Virus record (IMG/VR): IMGVR_UViG_3300046817_000745
Span: 8,873 to 72,872 of that record
Source of the DNA: a virus
Length of the DNA: 64,000 nt
Reading direction: 5' to 3' (one strand)
Part shown: piece after piece, positions 56,402-64,000 of the stretch
How the letters are laid out: each line of letters starts with the position of its first letter
Position numbering within the stretch: the first letter of the stretch is position 1
Position numbers and translations under genes: made by a program
Notes under the pieces: model-generated
What the model was told of the DNA's origin: nothing
Seen by the model: the letters and a program-made list of their open reading frames with translations, nothing else
Databases searched by the model: none

Positions 56402-56629
56402 TTGGTGTATGCCGACCACAACCCCGCCACATACGACCTACGTGGCATGACCGAGCAGCAGTTCACCACGCTGCGTGAAGCACTCGTACTCATCCACAAT
56501 GTGCCATCCCCGGCTGATCCGTACTCCAATGAGTTTGAGACGGCTCGTCTCAACTACATCGCAGCTAGCGAACTGATCGACGCCACCAACATCGCCGTCC
56601 GTCAGGCCAAGGGTCTGGCCGAAAACTGA
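56402..56629 (+). CDS. Hypothetical protein
   Basis: GAGGA RBS before TTG. Confidence 0.6.
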   Translation: MVYADHNPATYDLRGMTEQQFTTLREALVLIHNVPSPADPYSNEFETARLNYIAASELIDATNIAVRQAKGLAEN

Positions 56630-56643
56630 CAGGAGTCAACCAC

Positions 56644-57009
56644 ATGACAGCTGAAGTGATCTACAAGGGTCCGCAGCCCGCGCTCGGGCAGAAGTGGTGC
56701 ACGGTCTGCGCGTTCACCTGGAAGTTGGCCGCCAATGACCGGCACGCGCAGGAGATCGAGGATGCCGGCAAGGCGTCCGACGGTGTGATCGTGGTCATCG
56801 ACGCCACGGCCGACGAAGAGCTGCCGCCGGTGGCGCCCGCCGTTGCCATCGGGATCTATCTGCCCCTGCAGCAGTGGGGGCCGCTCGAGCTGTGCTGGAC
56901 GCACCTGACCGCCGTCCGGCTGCAGTCGACCGGCGGCCTGCACCTGCCCCCGCCCGGCATGCCGGGGGTCCCGGGCGGGATGGGGCTGAACGGAGGTGGC
57001 CGGGGATGA
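56644..57009 (+). CDS. Hypothetical Zn-binding-like protein
   Basis: AGGAG RBS. CxxC...CxxH. Confidence 0.7.
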   Translation: MTAEVIYKGPQPALGQKWCTVCAFTWKLAANDRHAQEIEDAGKASDGVIVVIDATADEELPPVAPAVAIGIYLPLQQWGPLELCWTHLTAVRLQSTGGLHLPPPGMPGVPGGMGLNGGGRG

Positions 57010-57530
57010 GGACGACGGCAGAGGCGCGGTTGGGTAAATTCGCCAAAGAACTGCGCGCGCAGTACGGCGAGGACATTTCCGACGAAGTCATCATGCTCAG
57101 TCCCTATGCAGAGGACGTGTCTGTGGCGGATGTCCTCGCGGTGGTTGCTGACAACGTCGCGCTGCGCGCACAGGTCTACCCGCTGCGCGCCGAGAACGAG
57201 CAGTTGGCCGCGGATCTCGGGAAGCTGCGCGCGGCGTTCGAGGCCCTCAAGCCGTGGGTGGCGCCGATGCTGAACGACTTCCTGCGCAACACCGTGATGC
57301 CGCTGTGGCGCGCGATCGAGCCGATCCTCGAAGCACAGGGCTTCGAGGGCTCCGTGGATGAGGTCGCTGGTCAGCCGAGCCACGGCGACTCCGGCACGTG
57401 CTCGGTCTGCGGTGGTGTGATCGAGTTCTACGAAGAGACCGCAGGGAACGGCGATGTGCTCAACTCCTGGTGGTCGCACGTAGGGCATCCGCGTGACGAG
57501 CACGACGCACAGCTCGGAGGCCCGGCGTGA
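57006..57530 (+). CDS. Hypothetical protein (coiled coil plus CxxC/His domain)
   Basis: ATGA overlap, GGAGG RBS. Confidence 0.65.
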   Translation: MRTTAEARLGKFAKELRAQYGEDISDEVIMLSPYAEDVSVADVLAVVADNVALRAQVYPLRAENEQLAADLGKLRAAFEALKPWVAPMLNDFLRNTVMPLWRAIEPILEAQGFEGSVDEVAGQPSHGDSGTCSVCGGVIEFYEETAGNGDVLNSWWSHVGHPRDEHDAQLGGPA

Positions 57531-57643
57531 GCACCTTCCTGGCCGGGCTTATCGCCGTCCTGAGCGTGTACGGCGCGGTCACCGTCGCACTGTTGGCGCT
57601 CTCCGTCCGGTCCATGCGGCGCGGGGGCGGTGTGTCCTCGTGA
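57527..57643 (+). CDS. Small membrane peptide
   Basis: GGAGG RBS. Single TM, 38 aa, not in the ORF track. Confidence 0.55.
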   Translation: MSTFLAGLIAVLSVYGAVTVALLALSVRSMRRGGGVSS

Positions 57644-58089
57644 CCGTCTACGTGGATGACGCGCGCATCCCGGCCCGGGTCGCCGGACTGTCCGGCCGGT
57701 GGTCACACCTGATCGCGGATACACCGGAGGAGCTGCACGCGTTCGCCGAGCGCCTTGGCTTCAAACGCGCCTGGTTCCAGGACCCGACCGTGAACGGCAA
57801 GCCGGTCCCCGCACGCCCTGGAACACGGGCCGCGGAGAACTGGCACTACGACGTCACCGACTTCAAACGCCAGCAGGCGATCATGCTGGGCGCGGTTCCG
57901 GTGACGATGCGCGAGCTGCCGGGCATCATCGAAGCCCGGTGGCAGGCGCAGCGTGCCGTGTCCGTCGACCCGCCGTTCGCGATGGGCGCACACCGTCGCA
58001 GTCGCGATGCCGGGCTGCGTGTGACGCCGCTCGCATACGCCGCCGAACCCCTGCCCGGGCGGCATGCAGGAGGGGCGGGGCCGGCATGA
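57640..58089 (+). CDS. DUF4031 family protein
   Basis: TVYVDD.......WSHL.ADT.EELHAFA.RLG..R.WFQ...HYD.T...R..A...GA. Confidence 0.88.
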   Translation: MTVYVDDARIPARVAGLSGRWSHLIADTPEELHAFAERLGFKRAWFQDPTVNGKPVPARPGTRAAENWHYDVTDFKRQQAIMLGAVPVTMRELPGIIEARWQAQRAVSVDPPFAMGAHRRSRDAGLRVTPLAYAAEPLPGRHAGGAGPA

Positions 58090-58442
58090 CCGAATCCGAC
58101 CGCATCACCCAAGCTGCTGAGAGCTACGAAGAGATCCCCGCGATCCAGGTCGGCAAGCGCTGTGGAGTGCAGTGGACACCCTGGATGGGTGACTACTTCA
58201 CCAGCTGGTCGCCGCGCAACGCCAACAGCAACGCCGAAGGGCCGTGGGATCACTGGGTCGACCTGGCCATCGAGATCCTGCGCGACCCGCTCACGGCGAT
58301 CGTGCGGCCCGAGGCGCACCAGCTCGCGCAGCAGCTGGCGACGCTTGGCTTCTACGACGAATCGAACCGTGCTCTGACCGACGGCGAGCTGCGCGAGCGG
58401 TTCTCGCGCAAGCCGCCTCCTGCCGCAGAGCCGGGCCGGTGA
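58086..58442 (+). CDS. Hypothetical protein
   Basis: ATGA overlap. Confidence 0.65.
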   Translation: MTESDRITQAAESYEEIPAIQVGKRCGVQWTPWMGDYFTSWSPRNANSNAEGPWDHWVDLAIEILRDPLTAIVRPEAHQLAQQLATLGFYDESNRALTDGELRERFSRKPPPAAEPGR

Positions 58443-58624
58443 ACAGCGAGCAGTTCCTGCTGGACGCCCTGGCGGACACCCGGCCGGTCCGGGGCAGGAT
58501 CCGGCGGATGCGGTACAAGCGGCACCGCCGCAATCTGGAAGCCAGTCTGTTCTGCGTGGGCGCACTCGGCCCCTGGCGCCGGGTGTACGACGAAAACGAG
58601 CTGATGGGGGTATGGAAGAGATGA
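58439..58624 (+). CDS. Hypothetical protein
   Basis: GTGA overlap. Confidence 0.5.
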   Translation: MNSEQFLLDALADTRPVRGRIRRMRYKRHRRNLEASLFCVGALGPWRRVYDENELMGVWKR

Positions 58625-59349
58625 CACCTGCCGAGATGGTGCGCGAGTTTCACACCGTGTTCCGCCTGCCGATCGCCGACACGCCCGCCTTGGTCAGCGC
58701 GAATCTGGCCCGGGCCCGTCACCAGTTGCTGCTGTCTGAGATCACGGAGGTGTACACGGCTGTACTGCGAGACGACCTGCCCGGAGTCGCGCAGGAGCTC
58801 GCCGACTGCGTGTACGTGCTCTACGGGACGGCCCTGGTGTACGGGATCGGCCTGGACGCGGTGCTCGCCGCAGTGCACGCGGCGAACATGACGAAGCTGG
58901 ACGAGAACGGCCAGCCGATCATGCGCGAGGACGGGAAAGTCCTCAAGTCGGCGCTGTACCACAAGCCGGATGTGGCCGCCGTGCTGGCGGGCCAGGCGCA
59001 GGGCCCGGTCGAGCAGGGGCGCGGCAACGGGCCGGAGCACAAGCTCTTCATCACCATGGTCAAAAGCTGCCCGGTAAACCACAGCGATGACGACGAGGAA
59101 TGCACGGGGACGTCCTGGTACGAGCTGGAGCATCCTGCCGAGTGTGACCGACTGCGGTACGGGGTGCGATGCGCGCTGGACCAGCCCGGCGACGACCGGT
59201 TCTGCTGGCCCGAAAAGGAAGGCGAGTACACCATCTCGGCGTGGTCGTCGAAGTCCTGGACCGACATGGGCTGGGAGTACGACGCGGGCGTCGACTGGGA
59301 GCCCGTGCCCGTGCCCAAGAGCGCCGTGACATGCCGTGAATCGTCGTAA
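58612..59349 (+). CDS. MazG-like NTP pyrophosphohydrolase with extra C-terminal Cys-rich domain
   Basis: V.EFH, E..E, ELAD..YV.YG, VH.ANMTK..NG.PI.REDGKVLK. Confidence 0.85.
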   Translation: MEEMTPAEMVREFHTVFRLPIADTPALVSANLARARHQLLLSEITEVYTAVLRDDLPGVAQELADCVYVLYGTALVYGIGLDAVLAAVHAANMTKLDENGQPIMREDGKVLKSALYHKPDVAAVLAGQAQGPVEQGRGNGPEHKLFITMVKSCPVNHSDDDEECTGTSWYELEHPAECDRLRYGVRCALDQPGDDRFCWPEKEGEYTISAWSSKSWTDMGWEYDAGVDWEPVPVPKSAVTCRESS

Positions 59350-59470
59350 GAAGCGCTGGCATCCGCCGTGGCCGGTAGCCCTCATCGGGTTGCCGGCCGC
59401 ACTCGTCTCTGTCGCGGTCCTGTGGACCGAGGCGGTCAAACTGCTGCTGCGGTTTGCGGCCGGGTGGTAG
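59336..59470 (+). CDS. Small membrane peptide
   Basis: Basic N-terminus plus TM helix, 44 aa, not in the ORF track. Confidence 0.45.
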   Translation: MNRRKKRWHPPWPVALIGLPAALVSVAVLWTEAVKLLLRFAAGW

Positions 59471-59476
59471 ACGCGC

Positions 59477-59491
59477 TATAGTTGTCATCAG
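59477..59491 (+). promoter_or_regulatory. Promoter -10 (TATAGT) overlapping the repeated TTGTCATCAG box
   Basis: The same box, or a one-base variant, occurs at 594, 6783, 38074, 39786 and 52854, with a two-base variant at 45482. Confidence 0.65.
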
Positions 59492-59532
59492 TGGGCTTCG
59501 CGCCCGCCAGTCGTTCAGGGAGGATCAAGACA

Positions 59533-59886
59533 GTGACCGACATGCGGATCGGAACCGACGTCATCACCCCCGGCACTCGCGTCCGCGTCATCAAGGACAT
59601 CCTGGCTGTCGCCCCGTCCGAGAGCAAGTTCATCGGCCGCGAGGGCACTGTCGAGCTCGGCAGCAAGAACATCGACGTGTACGTGAAGCTCGACGGCAGC
59701 AAGAACCCGCTCGTGTTCGCGCTGGGCGAGCTGCAGATCATCGAGTCCTGCGGGTACAACACCGCGCCCGCCGGCCAGCCGCCTGAGTACTGCGAGCAGG
59801 ACACCGCAGAGGACTCAGACTACTGCCTCGAGCACCGGTACGCGACCGGCGAAACCGACAACAGCGACGAACCGTACGGAGAGTGA
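59533..59886 (+). CDS. Hypothetical protein (SH3/KOW-like N-terminus)
   Basis: PGTRVRV....G.EGTV.....V.V.LD. Confidence 0.7.
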   Translation: MTDMRIGTDVITPGTRVRVIKDILAVAPSESKFIGREGTVELGSKNIDVYVKLDGSKNPLVFALGELQIIESCGYNTAPAGQPPEYCEQDTAEDSDYCLEHRYATGETDNSDEPYGE

Positions 59887-59887
59887 C

Positions 59888-60070
59888 ATGTACAAGATCA
59901 CTGTTCGCCTCTACTGGGACGAGTGCCCCGGACTCGGCACTGTCGAGTCGCACAAGGACTTGGTGCTCCGCGTCGCCTCGATTGAGATGGCCGAAGACCG
60001 CGCGGAGGAGCTGACGGAGAAGTACAGCGCCGTCAGCTACAAGATCGTCGGAGACGGGGTGCTTGCCTGA
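59888..60070 (+). CDS. Hypothetical protein
   Basis: Starts within the 20-bp repeated leader. Confidence 0.7.
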   Translation: MYKITVRLYWDECPGLGTVESHKDLVLRVASIEMAEDRAEELTEKYSAVSYKIVGDGVLA

Positions 60071-60148
60071 CGTACTGCCCGGCCGTGCGTGCGCTCACAG
60101 ATCGGCGCACGGCTGCTCACCGCTTGACTCGACCGTACGGAGAGTGAC

Positions 60149-60379
60149 ATGAGCCCCTACAAGGAAGCCCTCGCCGCAGCGCACAAGACCGGCGTCTCCA
60201 AGTGCACCGACGCCCAGCTCATGGCCACCTTCTGCGAGTCCAGCATCCAGATCGCCGTCGGCGCGGTCTCGCCCGAGCTGGTGTGGGACGGCGCGCAGAA
60301 GACCGGCCTGACCACGCTGGAGCTGGCCCGCCTCGCCTCGACCGACAAGAACGCCGTCGAGGCGCTGATGTGGCTGTGA
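60149..60379 (+). CDS. Hypothetical protein
   Basis: Starts within the second copy of the 20-bp leader. Confidence 0.75.
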   Translation: MSPYKEALAAAHKTGVSKCTDAQLMATFCESSIQIAVGAVSPELVWDGAQKTGLTTLELARLASTDKNAVEALMWL

Positions 60380-60624
60380 CGCGCCAGTTCAGGCCCGGCG
60401 ATCTCGCAGTGGTCACCCGCACCTCGTCTGACGGGCGCGTCGCGACCTGGATCGGGGCCATCGACAGGTTTGACACCGACCCCGCGGCGGAGGGATTCCG
60501 GCTGACCGGACACAAGGTCGGCGGCGACTCGATGGTCTCCTACTTCGCCGCATCCGCGGTGCTCGCGGCCGACCCGGGTTGCCCGATCATCCAGACGATC
60601 GAACCGCTATCGGAGGGATCATGA
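60376..60624 (+). CDS. Hypothetical protein
   Basis: GTGA overlap. Confidence 0.6.
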   Translation: MTRQFRPGDLAVVTRTSSDGRVATWIGAIDRFDTDPAAEGFRLTGHKVGGDSMVSYFAASAVLAADPGCPIIQTIEPLSEGS

Positions 60625-61157
60625 CCATGGCCGTCACCGAAGACAACGCCTCTGAGGCCGCCCGCATCCTGCACGAGAACCAGGTCTCCGCGAACGTCAC
60701 CAGCGTCCACAGGCAGATGAACAGCAAGCTGTGGATCCTGCACTACGCCCACGACTACCTGCTCGGTGCTCTGATCCTGCTCGAGCAGGCGCACCTGCTG
60801 CGCGACGTCGAGCAGGAGCAGGTCGACAAAGAACGTGACCAGCAGATGGCGGCCGTGATCGGCCCGCGCCGTACCCCGCGCGAGAAGGCGTACGGCCGGC
60901 TGCTCCGGCTGGTCATCGACGTCCTGCCGGCGAGCTTCGGCGCCGCGGTGGACACCGCCGCCGAGGTGACCACCGACGACGGATATGAGGCTGCGAAGCC
61001 CCGTCCGATCATCGCCGCGAGCTGGCGGCACCGCGGCTCGACTGCGGACGCCCTGGCTCTGGCCCGGGTGCGCAAGCTGGCAAGCGACAACTGGCGCCTC
61101 AAGACGATCAAGCGCGCCGACCTGCTCGAGGCGCTCGGCATCACGGACGAGCGATGA
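60621..61157 (+). CDS. Hypothetical protein
   Basis: GGAGG RBS, ATGA overlap. Confidence 0.65.
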   Translation: MTMAVTEDNASEAARILHENQVSANVTSVHRQMNSKLWILHYAHDYLLGALILLEQAHLLRDVEQEQVDKERDQQMAAVIGPRRTPREKAYGRLLRLVIDVLPASFGAAVDTAAEVTTDDGYEAAKPRPIIAASWRHRGSTADALALARVRKLASDNWRLKTIKRADLLEALGITDER

Positions 61158-61630
61158 GCGCCTTGACCCCCGCTGAGCGCGACCTCCTGCGAGCTGTCGC
61201 GGACGCTCCGGACGTCGCGCGTCCGTTGAATACGGAGTTGAAGGTCGGAGACACTGTCGTGACCAGCGGCGAGCGCAGCGCTAGTACGAGGACGGTCAAG
61301 ACGGTCGGACGGACGTGGATCACGGTGACCGGCTTCCGGTTCCGGTTCCGCCGTGACACCTGGCGGTCGGCGATCGGCCACGGTCCGGAGTGCCGGCTGA
61401 TGACGGTCGAGCAGCGGGACTACGACCTGCGACTGCGCGTAGCCCGCGACACCCTGCGCGACGCCGGAGTGTCGGTGTCATACGTATCCCCTCCGCCCGA
61501 CGGCCGGATCCTCGCCATCGCCGCACTGCTCGACCTGCTCGACGGAAGCGGTCCGTCCGGCGCCGACCGCGAGGCCGCACTGGACGCGAAGGCGCAGGAC
61601 GACCGGATCGAAGTGGAGCGCACACGATGA
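61154..61630 (+). CDS. Hypothetical protein (beta-barrel-like core)
   Basis: LKVGD.V.......TV..VGR.W..V....F. Confidence 0.65.
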   Translation: MSALTPAERDLLRAVADAPDVARPLNTELKVGDTVVTSGERSASTRTVKTVGRTWITVTGFRFRFRRDTWRSAIGHGPECRLMTVEQRDYDLRLRVARDTLRDAGVSVSYVSPPPDGRILAIAALLDLLDGSGPSGADREAALDAKAQDDRIEVERTR

Positions 61631-61848
61631 TGCGTCAGCCCAGACACCGCGTCGCAATCCTGATCACCACGGTATTCGACACCGCCGCAATGATCGGTCT
61701 CCTCACCTCGAGCATCCTCGGTGTCACCTCGCCCGCATGGCTGTTGATCGTCATCGGCCTGTGCGCGGTCGCGTCACTGGTCCTGTGCCTCATCCTCACA
61801 GTGACCAGCGAAGAGCCGAGCAACCGACACACCAAAGAAGGGAACTGA
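61627..61848 (+). CDS. Two-TM membrane protein
   Basis: Two hydrophobic helices. Confidence 0.65.
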   Translation: MMRQPRHRVAILITTVFDTAAMIGLLTSSILGVTSPAWLLIVIGLCAVASLVLCLILTVTSEEPSNRHTKEGN

Positions 61849-61849
61849 C

Positions 61850-62197
61850 ATGCCAGGCACCAAGCCCAAAGCCGAGCCGGCCACCATCTCCGTCAAGGTC
61901 ATCGAAGCCGACTTCGAGCTCGTCTCCTACCGCTGGTTCGACGGCTCCTGGCACGGCGCCGTCTTCGAGAAGACCGGCGGCTACGAGATCCGGGTCATGA
62001 TGACGCGCAGCATCACCAACTTCGGCCGTGACAAGGCGGAGACGTACGACTACTTCGAGCTGGACGCCGACGGCGTGATCACCAAGTCGCCGCGCGGCTA
62101 CGCCAGGGGTTACAACAAGCTGCGCGTGCGGGACATCGCCGACGCGGTGACGAAGTACGCGGTCGAGGACCCCGCCGTCCCGGCGATGCGGGTCTGA
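61850..62197 (+). CDS. Hypothetical protein
   Basis: Strong codon bias, RBS present. Confidence 0.75.
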   Translation: MPGTKPKAEPATISVKVIEADFELVSYRWFDGSWHGAVFEKTGGYEIRVMMTRSITNFGRDKAETYDYFELDADGVITKSPRGYARGYNKLRVRDIADAVTKYAVEDPAVPAMRV

Positions 62198-62242
62198 GCG
62201 TCCACCCGACCACCGCATCGACCAATCCGGAAGGCCATTGAC

Positions 62243-62644
62243 ATGCCCGAGCTCACCAAGCAGGAACGCGCCATGGCCAGCTGGCGCAGGCTCACCCCCG
62301 AGCAGCGCGACTACGACCGGTTCGTCGCAGGCCAGATCCCCCCGGGCGCGTCGTGGACACCCGAGACCACCTGGGGCATCCTCCAGGGCCGCGCGCGCCT
62401 CGAGGCAATGGTGGCCTACGGCGACAAGTGCCAGGGATGCGCCTGCCACCACAACCCGCCGTGCTTCCACTGCGAGGGCAACCACCGCGACCACGAGGCC
62501 GACGACCACGAGCCGGTCGACGGGTGGGTGCTCGAAGTCCTCGAGGCCGAGGCTTACGAGGAGGCCGCCGCGCGTGAGCGCAGCGAGCAGTGGCGCGCTT
62601 ACGCCGCGGCCCACCCGAACACCGTCACTTTGATCGAGATCTGA
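62243..62644 (+). CDS. Hypothetical protein with GCxCHxxPPCxxC motif
   Basis: CQGCACHHNPPCFHC. Confidence 0.7.
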   Translation: MPELTKQERAMASWRRLTPEQRDYDRFVAGQIPPGASWTPETTWGILQGRARLEAMVAYGDKCQGCACHHNPPCFHCEGNHRDHEADDHEPVDGWVLEVLEAEAYEEAAARERSEQWRAYAAAHPNTVTLIEI

Positions 62645-62653
62645 AGGAGAACC

Positions 62654-62914
62654 ATGTCCGACACAGACACCGACACCCTGCAGAGCGCCGGGCTCAGCCC
62701 GCTGGCCGCCCGCTTCTACGCGGCACGCAGCGCGGTGCTCCGCGGACGCAACGCGCGGATCAAAGCCGTCGAGGAGCAGTGCCAGGCGGAGCTTGCTGAG
62801 CTGCGCAGGCAGTACGACGCCGACCGGGCCGAGCTGCAGCTTGACTACACGATCACCGACATCGGCGTGGACTACCTGGCCAGCCGACGCCAGCAGTATC
62901 CGCGCAGCCGGTAG
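62654..62914 (+). CDS. Hypothetical coiled-coil protein
   Basis: AAGGAG RBS. Confidence 0.7.
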   Translation: MSDTDTDTLQSAGLSPLAARFYAARSAVLRGRNARIKAVEEQCQAELAELRRQYDADRAELQLDYTITDIGVDYLASRRQQYPRSR

Positions 62915-62956
62915 ACACGGACGCGAGACCGACCCGACAACCCCGAAAGGAACAGC

Positions 62957-63133
62957 ATGTCGAACCGCGGCGAGAACATCCGGCGGGCACGGTCCGCCAA
63001 CGAGGGCTGGACGGCCCTGTTCGGCGGCAACTCGACCGAGGAAGAGATGGACGAGGCCGTGGCGTATGTCGTGGCTGACGCGTCCGAGCGGCGGGCCGTC
63101 CAGAAGGCGCGGACCATCCTGCGCAGCAAGTAG
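62957..63133 (+). CDS. Hypothetical protein (58 aa)
   Basis: AAAGGA RBS. MSNRGENIRR..., followed by a hairpin. Confidence 0.65.
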   Translation: MSNRGENIRRARSANEGWTALFGGNSTEEEMDEAVAYVVADASERRAVQKARTILRSK

Positions 63134-63148
63134 CGCTGACCGGGCCAG

Positions 63149-63178
63149 CCGCCCGGCGAGCTTCGGCACGCCGGGCGG
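63149..63178 (+). terminator. Terminator-like hairpin
   Basis: CCGCCCGGCG / CGCCGGGCGG arms with a TTCG-containing loop. Confidence 0.55.
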
Positions 63179-63220
63179 AGCTAGTCCAGTCAGCATCCGC
63201 CAGCCCGAGAGGAACACGTC

Positions 63221-63508
63221 ATGCACGCCATCACCGCAGGTCTGATCACCGCCGGGCTGCTGCTCGGTCTCGCCGCCACGCTCTTCGCGCTGATCACCCG
63301 CGCCACCGCGGCCGTTGAGGACCGGGCGTTCACCCGCACCCTGGCCCTGGCCGGACAGGGCTGCACCGCCCTGGCCCTGGTGGCGCTGGCTCATTACGGA
63401 TACCGCCCGCCCGCGCTCGCGCTCGACTGCGTGTACGCCGCCATGGCCGCCACGATCCTCGCGTTCGCCACCTGGCTGCCCGAGCCGCGCCGTGCCGCGC
63501 GTTCATAA
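63221..63508 (+). CDS. Three-TM membrane protein
   Basis: GAGGA RBS, hydrophobic helices. Confidence 0.7.
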   Translation: MHAITAGLITAGLLLGLAATLFALITRATAAVEDRAFTRTLALAGQGCTALALVALAHYGYRPPALALDCVYAAMAATILAFATWLPEPRRAARS

Positions 63509-63619
63509 CTGGAATCGTTCAAGTTAGTACCGCAACTCTCTGTCACGATGCGTCATCTTCGGTGTACCTTGGAGCTATAACGCTATAGCGCCATAGTTGC
63601 TGAAGGATGTGCCGCTGCC

Positions 63620-64000
63620 ATGTCGGATTGGGAGTCCGTACCCGCCTATGTGCGGGTGCTGCACGACTTGCGTGGAAAGATCGAATCCGGCGAGATCCCG
63701 CCCGGGGACGCGATCCCCTCGGTCAGCGCACTGGCACAGCAGTACGACGTGTCGGCCACCACCGTGCAGAAGGCCGTGCGTGCACTGAAGGCGGCCGGGC
63801 TGGTCGACGCGCAGCCGGGCAAGGGCGTGTACGTACGCGCGGTCAAACGCCGCATCAGTCGCTCGGCAGACTTCGTCACCCCGGTCCCCGACGGCACACC
63901 GATTCCGCACGGCCGGTCCACACCGCCGCAGGTCGGCCAGGTGGTGCCTGCGGACGACGTCGCCGAGAAGCTGGAGACCGAGCCGGGCGAGCATGTCGTG
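63620..64000 (+). CDS. GntR-family regulator (probably HutC/UTRA type), 3'-truncated
   Basis: PAY..V...LR..I.SG...PGD.IPS...LA..YDVS..TV.KA...L...GLV....GKGVYV. Not in the ORF track because it runs off the end. Confidence 0.9.
   Translation, partial: MSDWESVPAYVRVLHDLRGKIESGEIPPGDAIPSVSALAQQYDVSATTVQKAVRALKAAGLVDAQPGKGVYVRAVKRRISRSADFVTPVPDGTPIPHGRSTPPQVGQVVPADDVAEKLETEPGEHVV

Larger units (their letters stand above)
1..64000. mobile_element. Actinomycete tailed dsDNA phage (siphovirus-like), near-complete genome segment
   Basis: Terminase, portal, protease, capsid, tail, tape-measure and replication genes in phage order. High GC and DUF397/DUF6221-type genes point to an actinomycete host. 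No integrase seen. Confidence 0.95.

Noticed and set aside
61796-63394. 532-aa minus-strand ORF
   Set aside because: It spans several well-formed plus-strand genes with RBSs, so it is a shadow frame.

Overview
The window is most or all of a high-GC, long-tailed (siphovirus-like) dsDNA phage of an actinomycete. No integrase or clear host genes are visible. Layout: (i) 0.6-4.9 kb, a pre-terminase cassette with a DUF1906/GH25-like lysin, a papain-like protease, a permuted NlpC/P60 hydrolase, a Gp49/Sf6-gp66 protein and a PLD-family enzyme. (ii) 4.9-36.2 kb, virion genes: terminase, Mu-like portal, MuF, protease/scaffold, capsid, tail tube, frameshifted tail chaperones, tape measure, tail tip and membrane proteins. 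(iii) 36.2-49.1 kb, leftward early and replication genes: DUF397, DUF932, SSB-like, Sak4-like ATPase, PD-(D/E)xK nuclease, SNF2, RuvC-like, PolA. (iv) 49.2-52 kb, Prim-Pol, an ATPase/helicase and an iteron-flanked origin candidate. (v) 52-64 kb, many small rightward genes, including a stand-alone FtsK-gamma domain, MazG-like, DUF4031 and GntR. The most notable feature is three modular genes between MuF and the prohead protease (9555-15182). The largest encodes a 1045-aa protein stringing together a 2H phosphoesterase (Acb1-like), a GNAT, an HhH-GPD glycosylase-like domain and an unknown domain. Its modules are separated by a repeated (L/V/I)-E/D-L linker, also found throughout the protease/scaffold, followed by a W..R(D/G)xxG(R/E)(W/F) peptide. 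I infer a capsid-packaged, protease-processed anti-defence polyprotein. Other points of interest are a structured intergenic element, a repeated promoter/operator box, a repeated start-associated motif and paralogous small virion proteins. All family assignments come from motif recognition by eye, not database searches.
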